A stretch of 63,777 nt of DNA, the filler included, from Saprolegnia diclina VS20 (lineage: Eukaryota), in the NCBI RefSeq assembly GCF_000281045.1. It is 5 parts of 2 records of this genome, joined end to end, with 100 filler letters (N's around TTAATTAATTAA, not from the genome) between each part and the next. Parts side by side here need not be neighbours in the genome. Positions count along the whole stretch, not along the records: positions 14,494 to 39,630 come from NW_008246106.1; positions 39,731 to 61,036 come from NW_008246106.1; 3 more parts are not named here. One strand, written 5' to 3'. Below the pieces are notes generated by a model. It worked only from the letters and a program-made list of their open reading frames with translations, searched no databases and was not told the origin of the DNA. Both the position numbers and the translations under genes were made by a program. Within the stretch, counting starts at the first letter, position 1; each line of letters begins with the position of its first letter. Positions 37,400-48,389 of the stretch are shown here, piece after piece.

Positions 37400-37784
37400 A
37401 TGCAGGCCGCGCTACGAGCCATGGCGCGCCGCGTCCAGCACATCCCGGACAAGCATCAGTTCACGTGCGAGGCGCAGTCGTCGACGAGCCACATGTCGAC
37501 GCTGCTCGGCTTCCTCGAGTACAGCATCGAGGTACTACCGCAGCGACTTGCAACTGGCCTATCGCCTCATTCGCGTGGTGTAGGGCGACGTCATGGACAT
37601 TCGCCGGACGTACGTGTTGCCCGACGGGCGCGGCAACGGTGTCGCCAAGGCCCTCTGCGACGAAGCCTTTCGATTTGCCGCGGCGCGCAACCTCTCGGTG
37701 CAGCCGTCGTGCGCCTACATTGCCACGCGGTACGCCAAGCAGCAGCAGCAGCAGCAGGAGCGGCTACACCACGCGCAGCAGTAG
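37400..37784 (+). CDS. Small GNAT acetyltransferase (YjdJ/NATD1-like), 2 exons
   Basis: LGFLEYSIE|GDVMDIRRTYVLPDGRGNGVAKALCDEAF...VQPSCAYI, containing the RGxGxA acetyl-CoA motif and PxCxY. Confidence 0.87.
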
Positions 37785-38076
37785 CTCTCGTGCATGTCCT
37801 AGTCGTCGTCTTTTCTCATTATCAGTATACACCGTGTCTTTGTTCTCCTACGATGACGCTGCGTGCTCCGACAAGGTCCACCGAGAAGTATCGTGGACAG
37901 ACCATCGCATGTGACCGACTGCGATCCCTGTTGCCCATGGTCATGCCAATCGCTCGTCATCGACGTCGTCGTTCGAGCTTGGTCCTGCTTCACTCGTTCC
38001 ATTCAACGTTCTAGCGAGCGTCGACGAGACAAACTACAAGTTGGGCGGCAGTACGGTTTGGTGCGCCCGCGCGTCT

Positions 38077-39274
38077 TCATAGAGGAGCAGCCATCGCGGC
38101 TTTTGCTTGCGCTTCGAAGGCTGCGACGCATCGCGATGGTGCTGTTTCTTTGCTTGCGCCTCGGCTTCGGCTTTGGCGCGAAGCCAAATGATATAGTCTT
38201 GTTTGACCTACGCAGCGTTGAAGCGTGGGTTTTGCGCGGAATCGAGGTACGGCCTCTCGCCACTCGAGCTCGGCTTGCCGCGCGCGCTGCTCAGCGAGCT
38301 CGGCCTCGGCCAGCGCCGTCATTTTCGGGCTCTTGCACGACGAGAGCTTGGGCAGCAGCGTCCGCTCGCTCGGTTTTGGGAAGAGCGAAAACGTTGCTTT
38401 TTGCGAGCGCAGAAAAGACTCGTCGTTGAAGCCGCCCTAGCCCACGAATTGCTATGCGTTTGGCCCGAAAACAAAGCAGCAATGTACGCGCATGGACGTC
38501 GACTTGAGTCGGTTGGCCGATACAAACAGCATGCGCTGGGTCTAGTAAACTGTGAGGAATATCGAGGTATCGAAGCGCCGACCATTTCGATATCGCTCGT
38601 CGGATGTATGTCGAGGTTGGGCAGCTCTTTCTAATCGTACATTGCACAATGAGAGCAGAAACACGGAGCGTACTTGACGGCGTTTGGCCAGCGACGGCCT
38701 GTGCTTGGCCTCACGGTCGTGCTCGTCGTCCATCTCGCGCGGTGTAATGACATGCTCGTCGATGAGAGTGCCAATCTCATGCATGAGAAGACTGTGGTCG
38801 GGCGTGTTGCCGACTTGGTGGAGAACCAAGTGCGTAACCTGCGCGACGACATGTGAGCGACGCCTCGGATGCAATAAGACGGCGGTACTTCTTCCATCTC
38901 GCGGTGGCTCAGCGAGCGCGGCAGCTTGAGGAAGCGGCTGAGCTGCCGCTTGAAGAGCGCCGACGCGTGCGCGTCATCGTCCATGATGGAAAACTCGTCG
39001 CTCTCGTCGTCGTGCGCAGTGTCGTCGTCGTCGTGCTGCTTTCGCTGCAGCCGCTCGGCAATCTCTTTTGTCGTTGCAAGGATCGCATCGATGCGCTCTT
39101 CGAACGACTCGTCGCGCTTGGCTTTGGCGGTTGCTTTGGCCGCGTCCCGGTGAATCTTGGCTATAGGAGATAGTCGTACGGGTCCAAGTGGAGCTGCAGT
39201 GTACAGATAGAGATCTCGTTCATTTGCTCGAGCGCTGTCTGGACGCGCTCGTGCCGGAGGTCATCGAACGGCAT
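38077..39274 (-). CDS. Hypothetical multi-exon protein (3' boundary uncertain)
   Basis: MPFDDLRHERVQTALEQMNEISI splices to SKIHRDAAK...FEERIDAILATTKEIAERLQ...; coding-like GC pattern with short introns. Confidence 0.55.
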
Positions 39275-39299
39275 CGAGACGGACCGCGACCGTTCCACA

Positions 39300-39500
39300 A
39301 GATCGAAATCGGCGCTTCTGATTGGCGCCAGGGTTCGACAGAGCGCAGTTCCAAGCCCAACACCAAGGGTGAGTTCTTATTGGCTCTTGTTTCCACCCAG
39401 GCGTGCGCTCGGATTGGCCAAAAAGAATGGCGTGTGATTGGCTCGTTCGCGTTGCAATAACAGATGCCATTGGCCCGCGGTGATGCAATTTCGGCTTTGC
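39300..39500. promoter_or_regulatory. Compact bidirectional promoter with clustered CCAAT boxes
   Basis: ATTGGC at about 39321, 39379, 39413, 39437 and 39469, within the 230 bp between divergent ATGs (39274 minus, 39504 plus). Confidence 0.6.
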
Positions 39501-39503
39501 GTC

Positions 39504-39630
39504 ATGGCGGCGTCGCACGGGCTCCGCGCCCAGGCGCCCGAGTTCGTGCCCGCCCAGCAGCAGACCTTCCGCCACGAGTTCCCGTCGCTCGTCGAGCCCA
39601 AGTTGCAGCTGCCGGCGCGCGTCCTCAGCT
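39504..39630 (+). CDS. 5' end of a PAM2-motif (PABP-interacting) protein, truncated by gap
   Basis: MAASHGLRAQAPEFVP matches PAM2 LxxxAxEFVP; followed by EFPSL. Confidence 0.65.
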
Positions 39631-39730
39631 NNNNNNNNNNNNNNNNNNNNNNNNNNNNNNNNNNNNNNNNNNNNTTAATTAATTAANNNNNNNNNNNNNN
39701 NNNNNNNNNNNNNNNNNNNNNNNNNNNNNN
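39631..39730. other. Artificial contig spacer
   Basis: N44-TTAATTAATTAA-N44. Confidence 0.98.
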
Positions 39731-40269
39731 TGTTGCTTGATTTTTCACTGCAAAGTCGCGTGTGTTCAAGCTCGTTTAAAGCTTGCAGAGTGGCACCCTT
39801 TTTGCTAAACTCGGAGTTTGAATCGCACGGTGTTTGGTCATTGCTTTTCACTAGCAAAGTTGAAGCAAGCCCGAAATGACTCCACGAACGCCGCCACCCT
39901 GCCGTCATTGTTGCACTTGTCCGCCTATGATGATGGCATCCGAGTTTCGGCCGCAAGTCGTACGACGACCCGTTCGCCAAAGTAGGTCGATAGTGCAGCG
40001 TCGGGAGTATGATGTACGCGTGAGCACCATTCACTTTTGTAGAGTAGGCACCTCCTTGTATTGCACTCGAGGTACTCTCCGGAGCAAGTACTCTAACGAG
40101 CGTCGACGATACCTCGTTTCGCGTAGCTCGACATTGGGTCTCCAACGACATTCATCAATGGCCATGGCGGTTGGGCGTCGTCTGAAACCACCTTGCTACA
40201 ATAGTAACCGGCCGCCTTTTTTTGCGGAAACCACTACAGTAGCATAGTCCACGTTGTCTTTAAAAAACG

Positions 40270-43200
40270 ATGGGTCTCGTGCTGCCTCGACGTCTTGTGG
40301 ACACGGCAGGTGTGGCCTACACGCTTGGCTCGGCGTGCCTCGGCATTGCTGCGCTTCTCGTGCTCGAGCCGTACATGGCCAACGACTGCTTTTGGCCCGG
40401 CTTGTCGACAACCGTGAACGCAGTCGCCAACCTCGTCAATTTCGAGCTCGCTTTGGCCAGTGCCGGCTCGGCGGATCTGCTGCACCCGTCGTCGTACGCT
40501 GCGTGGGATCGATCGCTCGGCGTGCAGCAAGTGTCGGCGCGATCGCTCATGCTACAATCTTGGACGTCCTTTGAGATCGTCATCAACGGGCTCCGCGCTC
40601 TCTCGACACGCCAAGTCGCGAATGATCTCGTGACGCTCTACTGCTGGGCAGACGTGGGTCGTAAGTGGGAACTCGCCCTCTCGGCGCCGCGTCAAGCTCG
40701 CTGCAACGCGCACATGGCACCGAATGCGGCCGTGTACCTCGAGACGACGCTGCGCAACATCGACTACGCCGTGGGTCGCGTCCACCAACGACGCCTTTTC
40801 CAGACACATTGCACAGCCAATTGCGACAACTGGACGAGACGGCGTGACGTGGCTGGACTCACTCCTCGCTCCCCAAGCCCCCGTGGCGGTCGAGGCTGCG
40901 CGCTGGACGTCGCATGGACTTGCGTACTACCGCCTGCAATGGGGCAACTCCTTTGCCTACAGCCTCGCCGAATCGTTGGCCATCACCAACGGACTCGGCT
41001 TGACGTCGCAACAGCTCCTCAAGGTCGTGCCGGGTGTGCCCCGGAGCTCATACTTTCCGTACACGTCGTTGCTACTCAACAGCGCGCTTCTCCAATTTGT
41101 GTTTTACGCGCTGGCCCCAAACACGAGTCTCATTCGCAACACGCCGTCGCCTTTGACATACATGTCGGGGATTCAGGCGTTCATCCTTGGATTTGCGCTC
41201 TCGGAGCTCAACCTTGTGCTGCAAAACACGGTGGGGCCCCTCTGCATCATTGACGCATATTTTGTTCCGCCCCCCATCGCACTCACGGACGCCGTTCATG
41301 CCTTCCGCACCCACGTGCTCACTGCCATGGTGTCGAATGCGACGTTGGCGACGGCGCTTGAGGCCGTTGGAGATGCATCGATCCAAGTGACACCGCGGCG
41401 CTGGCGCGACCCGGCCCTGCGCTTCTACGGCGGCAACCCGCTCTGCAACACAGCCCCCTTGCGACCGTACGTACAAGCGTCGTTCGGCTTTGACTCGCTC
41501 TGCGGTGACCGGAGTCCGCTCAGCGTCACGTGGCATGTGTTCAACAGCCTTTTTGCGTGGCACATGCTCGGCCAAAACGACGTTAGCGGTAGCCAACACT
41601 GTGCGCTCGGAACCACAGCCGAGCATACGCTGCTGTGCTTCGACATCTTGGCTCGGACAAAAGTCGCACTCGTCCCAGCGACATTTCTTGCGCCATTGCC
41701 AATAGCCACCATGTCGAAGCTCCGCCCGGTCGGAGTGAGTCAAGTGGTGTGGAACCAGTCGGTGGTGACGTTGGAGATGCAACCGCTTCTGGACGGAGGC
41801 TTTGCATTCTTTGGCTGGATGGGCTTGTACGACTGGGCCATGACCCAGCGTGAGGTGATTGCATTCGAAGGCGACGTAAACACTCTGCATATTCTATCCC
41901 CAACCTACCCGACCGTGCCGCAGCCGTTGACGACGGTAGCGGGGACGCTGGGGCCGTTTTTGTGGTCGCTGGCCGCCTTGGGCTCGGTGGTGGCCAGTCT
42001 GCTTGCGCTCGGCGTGGTTGCGCTCTGGATAACGATTCGACCGCAAGCGACGCGCTGGCACCTCTTTCAGCGCCTTGTTGGCACCGTGTGGTTGAGCCGA
42101 AGCATCGTCGTGGCGCGGAGCGTGTGTGCGATCGCCGCCTTGGCCACGGCTCCGATTGGAGTTCAGTCACTCCACAACGTCGAGTCGCTCGCGATAGCGC
42201 CGCGCACGATCTGGATTTCGGGGCTTTTGGCGTACGAAGCCTCTTGGCTCACTACGGTTGTGCAGGAGATTGTGTCTCCTGTCGTGGCAGAGCGCGAGCT
42301 TGCTATGCCGATCGCATGCCTCATTGTCTTCCTCATTGACGTCGCGTCGCCCGTCACGGCCGCAGCGAGCCTCGAACGAAAGTGTACGATCATCAACCTC
42401 ACCACCGGCCTCGAGTGCAACATCGGCAGTGTGACGATTGGTTGGTTTTCGCGCTGTGTGCTCGTGGCCGCGATATGCGTGCTCTGTGGTCTCTGGAGCT
42501 CGCGCAACGCAGCGCTGCAAGCCAAGAGCCTCCTTCTGCCCGCATTGAGTCGCAAGACATTTGCGGCGACGGGTTCGCAAGGGCCTCTTGACAGTGTCAC
42601 AGCCGTCATGTGCGGTCTCTTCCTCTATTCTTCTCGCTCTGTCTTTGACGTCAAACTCTGGTTGCGACTGCCTGCGTCCAACATGGCGACGCTGGGGTCT
42701 CCTGCGACTCTGCCCGTGCACCAGGCTCCAAATACCCTTGCCATCGTACCGGAAAGTGCCCCCGAGATTGCAGTGGAGCTCCCCAAGTCGGACCGCCGCT
42801 TGAGTCAATGGCTCCGCTACAGCATTGCCTTGGCCGGCCTAGCGTATCTGGGCGGTACACTGACAAGCAACGTGGCCTATATATCGGTTCTTGGCGACGC
42901 CATGGCCAACGACTTTGGCTGGTCCGGCTTTAGTACAGCGGGAACCTATGTGTTTTTGGCGCGGATCTTTCACGAGCAGCTCGTTCTAGGCACGAATGCG
43001 ACCGAGCTGTTTGTGACATTGCCTACGTATGGCGACGTGAGCCAGCTGTACAACACGTCGGATACGTCGACCACGTGGTGGGACAGTGCGAGCCATCAAG
43101 TGCTGTACGATCCCAACGTGCTGCTCTTGACCGACATTGTCAAGGGCCTTCGATCGATGAACCCGTGCCAACTGCCGTGGATGTTTACGCAATACTGTTT

Positions 43201-45450
43201 TCTCGACTTTGGTCAGCAATGGGAAATGGCCAACTCGGTCGCTCGCCAGCGGCGGTGCGAACGTGACACGATGGCGTCGAACGCCGCCGTGTACCTCGAA
43301 GCCAGTTTGCGCAACGTCCGCGACTGGGCGGCGTGGAACACTTGCTGGCGCTCGTCGTTTGAGATTGGCATTGCAAGAGAGCTCATGGCGTCCCCAACGG
43401 GTCGGCTGTGGCTGGCCACGACGCGCACTGCGTCGACGTCCATCGAGGGCGAAGTCGGCTACTGGCAACGCTATGGGAAAAGGGCCTATGTGCTGCAGTG
43501 GCAAAACTACAAAACGAGCTCGTTCTCGGACGCCTTGACCGTCACGTCGGCGCTCGGGCTCACGTACACGCTCCCCATCAGTAAGCGTGACGGTGCCATG
43601 CATTTGGATGCACAGACCTCACTGCGCATGTACTGGTCGTGGGCCAACGACCTCCTGGCGATTGCCGACAACTCGTCTCTCATTGCGGGTCGCAGTCTCT
43701 TGCGAAGCAGTGCGGCCTTTGCGTTTTCAAACGTATCGAGTGGGGACCTCTTGGTGCAGGCACAGCACCTCCCATCACCATTGTCGGCAGGTTTGGCTTT
43801 GGTTCGAGACCTCGTTAGGCCGTTTGGCAGCATGGATGTGATCTACGTCCCCTGCCCCGACGCCATTCGGCGCTACTATGGGTCATTTACGTCGAGTGTG
43901 CATTCGGTCTTGCTAACGAATCTCACAGTTCAGGCCGAATTTTGGAGTCTGTCAATGCCGGCGTACTTTGGGGACGTCCCGGCGCCGCTTTTGGAGACGA
44001 CAAATCTGCTCCTTACGGGGGGCAATCTCATGTGTGGTGACGACATTGCTCCCGGACCACTCACGTTTGCTGTCTACACGAGCTTTGGAAGCTTCCAACT
44101 CTGCAGTACGACGCAACCCGAGTACTTGAGTCCATCGAGCATACAACTGCTTTGGGCGATGCACGCAGTCATGAGCACACTGCGGCCCCGGTGTCGTGGG
44201 ACGTCATTTGCGACAGCAACCCGCTCCGCGAAGTCACGTGCACCGACACGTTGCTTGCGATTGCAACCTTCTTGGACGCTCGACGCAGGTATGTACCGTC
44301 CAACGACATGGCAAAAGCAGCAGAGGCCGCCGTGAGGGAGCTCAACGTGACTGTGCTGCAATTTGTAATAGTGAATGGATCCAGCCAACTGTACCAAGTG
44401 GGGCTGGTCGACCCAAAGCTGCCGTCGTGGCACCTCAACGGCTGGCTCCTCACGTACGAGTGGGTAGCGGGGCTGCGCGAAGTCGTGTCTTTCCGAGGGG
44501 ATATCGGTGCCATCACGACCATTTCGGCGCCGGTGCTCATGCGAACCATGCCGCTCGACGACAGTGTCATCACGAGCAAGATCTCGTTCCTCTTCCTTCA
44601 GTCCGCCAAGTACGTCACGCTGGTTCTCATCGCGGTGAGTGGCACCGCGCTTCTGTACGCGATAGCCTCGAGAGGGCATATCGAAGGCCTCAACCTCTTG
44701 GAGCTCAACCGAATTGTGGGGCATGTCTGGATTGGGCGACCGCTCTTGATCTTGCGAAGCATAACCGCGCTTTGGCTGCTCAATACGAGTCCACTGCTAC
44801 TGCAGCAAGTGGGACTGGGCACGACGCTCACCGCGCCACCGGTGCCATGGTACGAGACGATCCTTGCGGCCTCGGAGCTCACGTGGGCCGTGTACGTCGT
44901 CAACGACCTTGCCAGCTGCGTCACCAAGCAGCACACACCGTCGATCGCGATGGCCAGCTCGATTCTTACGTGGTTGATTACCGCCGTCTGGACACTGGTG
45001 GCTCCGTATCGCTGCCGCGTGCACCTCTTGCGTCACTGCACCTTTGATGACATGGACAGCGGTGTTCACTGCGTCAGTGGCGATGTGCAAGTCGGTAGCC
45101 TCGACCGCGTACTCGGTGACGTTGGTATCGTGCTCGCTTGCGTGCTTGTCTGTGCGCGGATCGACATGCGGTGCCGCCCACACGTACCGCCAGTTCGAAT
45201 CCCGACGTTGCTGTTGAATGCGTCGAGCTACTACATCTTGGACTTTCGACACTGGCGCCGCGGACAACGCGAGGTGTACTTGGACCAGACCTCCGGTGTG
45301 CTCGCGGGCCTCTTGACGCTGCATTGGAAGTCAACGCTGTACATTTTCGACGTCAAGAGCTGGCGCCTCACAACGGTAACCACCCGCCCGACGACGCCCG
45401 AGCTCGCCAAGGCCATTCCTCTCCACGACCTCGCCGATGACGCGCTTTAG
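40270..45450 (+). pseudogene. Large internally duplicated multi-pass membrane protein of unknown function, interrupted by two frameshifts
   Basis: Three overlapping ORFs (40270-, 40724-, 44152-) form one reading path with shifts near 40768 and 44178. The two halves share MAND.., YC..D...WE.A.S..RQ.RC, NAAVYLE..LRN, LQW.N, GGN..C, GW...Y.W, REV..F.GD and FDVK.W. Confidence 0.7.
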
Positions 45451-45691
45451 CACAATACCACTGGACAAATATATTTTACTTTTTCAAAATTCGGCCCACG
45501 ACGTTGTTTTTTACATGAGGTCGCCGACAATATCGAGCACAATCCGAGTTCACCTTGTGGACGCATAATGACTTGAACCCAAATCCCCAAAAGAAGGAGC
45601 CAATTCAACGCGAGCAACGAAATTGTTGGCGTCGAGCGGTTTTTCGTGAAACCAACACGGATTTTGCATCCTTCGAGCAACATCGTCCAGC

Positions 45692-47248
45692 ATGAGCTCC
45701 CTCCGCGGCCCGCTTGTCAGCGCCGACTTTCTCGTGAGTCAGCACAGCGACGTGCACTACGATGTCGGGACGTCCATGCACCACGGCAAGCGCCTTGTAC
45801 AGCACTTTCATTTCACTTGTAAAAGATCATTGATCCTGCGTTTGATTAGGCACTTCGGTTCGATATGAATGGGAGCTCGAGCTACGTCGAAGTGACGCGC
45901 ACGGATGTCCTCAAGCTCGTCCAAGCCGCGGCAGTATCTGTTCAAGCCACGTCGCCCCGGGACACCGCCAGCCGCCGCATCGAGATTCCCGTACAACACT
46001 TTCTTATAGCACTTTTTCTATCTTGTGGGTACTACATTTGTAGGCCATTCACATGCGGGATCTGCGCAAACTAGACAACGTGTTTGCAACGGCGAACGAG
46101 CCGTCGCTCGTGGTGCGGCAGCAAGCCATCTTGGTCAACGCCGGTACGACCTCGCTTTCGACATGTAATTTGTGTAGCAAATGACGATAGACCCGGTGCG
46201 CGCCGTGATTCTGCGGGATACGTGCCTCGTCTTTTTGCCCGACGGCGCCGACAGCCTCGTCTCGGCGCTCAAACACTGCTTCAAGGAGCAGCTCGTCGAT
46301 GGCATGAGCCTGCAATTCGAATTTGCGTGCGATTTTTTTTGTATTTTGGGGGATTTTGGCATCTCACATGGGATGCTAGTGCGCTCGAGGCCGTGCTGCA
46401 CACTGTCTGCAAGTCCGCGCACGCACCACTCAAGGCATAAACTAACGCGATATGTGGTTAGGGTCTTGACAAATGACGGCGAGAAGATCTTGCCCCTCAC
46501 CAAGGTCTACGTGGACCGCATGGCCCGAGGCGATCTGCCCATGAACGAAATGGAGACGCTCCGGGCACTCAAGAATAGTTTGCACGAACTCGAGTCCCAG
46601 GTACAACTTGTCGTCGAGATAGTCGGTCGAGCGGTGCTTATTCCATGTCGTAATTTGTAGGTTAGCGGTATGCGACGCATGCTCATGGAGTTCTTGGAGA
46701 ACGAAGACGAGATGCGCATGCTCAACTTGACGACAGTAACCCTATCCACCGATCCTTCGTCGAAGTGACGTGCATCCAACTGTAGATCCACGAGGACCCC
46801 GCGCTCGCGAGGGACTTGGAATACCTCGACACTGACAACATCGAGTCATTCCTTGAAGTGTACCTTCACGTACTTTGTCTACACTGTGCCAACGCGACAC
46901 TGGTCTTGACAAAATGTACATTAGGACATTTATGCGACCCAGACGCGCGTCGCACTCATGCTGCAAAACATTCAAAACACCGAGGGTCTCGCCATGCTGC
47001 GACTGGACACGAAGCGCAACTATCTCCTCACCGTCGACTTGACGCTGACGACGTGGACGACGATGATTACGATTCCGACGTTCATCGTCGGCGGGTTTGG
47101 CATGAACCTCGACTCGTCAACGCAGCAGACACCCTACATGTTTTGGATCGTCTTTGGCGTCTGCGTCCTCTTTCCCCTCGTCGGTGTACGCTACGTCATG
47201 CTCTTTTTGGAGCGGCGCGGCATCAACACGAGCTGGAGTGCCAACTAA
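45692..47248 (+). CDS. CorA/MRS2-family magnesium transporter (multi-exon)
   Basis: GKRL|ALRFD, HMRDLRKLD, LVVRQQAILVN, FEF.ALEAVL, LRLDTKRNYLL, GGFGMNL (GMN signature) and two C-terminal TM helices. Confidence 0.93.
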
Positions 47249-47647
47249 CCCGCATCGTAGCTTCTAAGAAGAATGCATATATATATGAACGTGCTCCGCG
47301 TTATCTCCATAATTAGACAAAGACTTCGCATACGTAGCACTACGCTTGAATGCGTGGGAGTTGGCACCAGCACTTGGTCGTTGGGAGTGAGCTGCGTACG
47401 GAGAGATCCATCCCGTGGAGGACCCCACTCGCCGAGTCATAGCTCGCGCGAGGTCATATAGTTATATAAATGCTACAAAAGTTCTAATGCTGCTGATTGG
47501 TTTTCGTTCAGAGACCCAACACTTTTTCTGTTCACTGGGTCGTGCGCACTAAGATCTCCATTCTTATAGCTCGATATATCGACAAATAAAAAACAATAAA
47601 AATCACAAAGTTCAAACGTGTCATTTGCACTTGTCAGGTCAAGAGCT

Positions 47648-48244
47648 TTACAAAGTGCCAAACGTAACGTCAATGGTCAGCGTCTTGCTGAGCTCGTCCC
47701 AGGATGCCACGCGAGAGACAATGACGCCATGATGCGATAGATCGATATCGACGACCTCATGCCCAGTGCAATGCGCGCGCAGGTACTGCTTGTCGCCATC
47801 CGAATCGACCTTGCACTCAAAATCGCCCTGGCTCCATGGACAAAAGACTTGAATATGCGCAATGTTCGCTTGCGTATCGGGGTCGCGCCGTGTTGTCATC
47901 GTGTAGGTCGTCGGTCGCCGCATCGGCGGCCTTCCTGGAGGCAGCATCCCTGGAGGCAGCAGTCCCGGTGGCTGAGCCTGTACAACAGTACGGTCAGCCG
48001 ACGTACGCGCCAAGAGGTTGTACTGGTGCCCTGCGTCACGCGTGTGCGCCATGTATTGTGCTTCATTGGCATGCCAGGAAGCGCACAACCGGCACTCAAA
48101 GCCGACGAGTTGTTGGACGAGGATATTTGGGTTTGCCACGAGGTCCACTGTCTCCAGCGCCAGTCGCCGGAGCCGCTCGCGCCGCGCGACGTTGGCGTCT
48201 TGGTTGGCGGCGACCGCTTGCGTCGTCGACCGGTTCGAGTCCAT
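47648..48244 (-). CDS. Divergent intronless paralog of splicing factor SF3A2 (SAP62/Prp11)
   Basis: RRERLRRLALETVDL..NP, U1C/matrin-type finger FECRLCASWHANEAQYMAHTRDAGHQYNL, Y.MT..RDP.T, KQYL and WD...K follow the SF3A2 layout. IGRPG and HRFMSAYEQ are altered or missing. Confidence 0.8.
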   Translation of the reverse strand: MDSNRSTTQAVAANQDANVARRERLRRLALETVDLVANPNILVQQLVGFECRLCASWHANEAQYMAHTRDAGHQYNLLARTSADRTVVQAQPPGLLPPGMLPPGRPPMRRPTTYTMTTRRDPDTQANIAHIQVFCPWSQGDFECKVDSDGDKQYLRAHCTGHEVVDIDLSHHGVIVSRVASWDELSKTLTIDVTFGTL

Positions 48245-48389
48245 GCGCCGATTGTGACAATCGGACGGGCACGACGATTTCATTGGCTTCTCGTTGGCCA
48301 ATCCAATCGTTTTGCAGAGAGTGACCATCATTCTTGCACCAATCTGCCATTTTGCGTTCGCACAGTCGACGATTCGAGCGACAAGTAGC

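Noticed and set aside
18484..47248. Apparent clustering of cation-related genes (C2/EF-hand, TRP-like channel, MRS2)
   Set aside because: Interspersed with unrelated housekeeping genes and separated by a contig spacer; no sign of a functional cluster.
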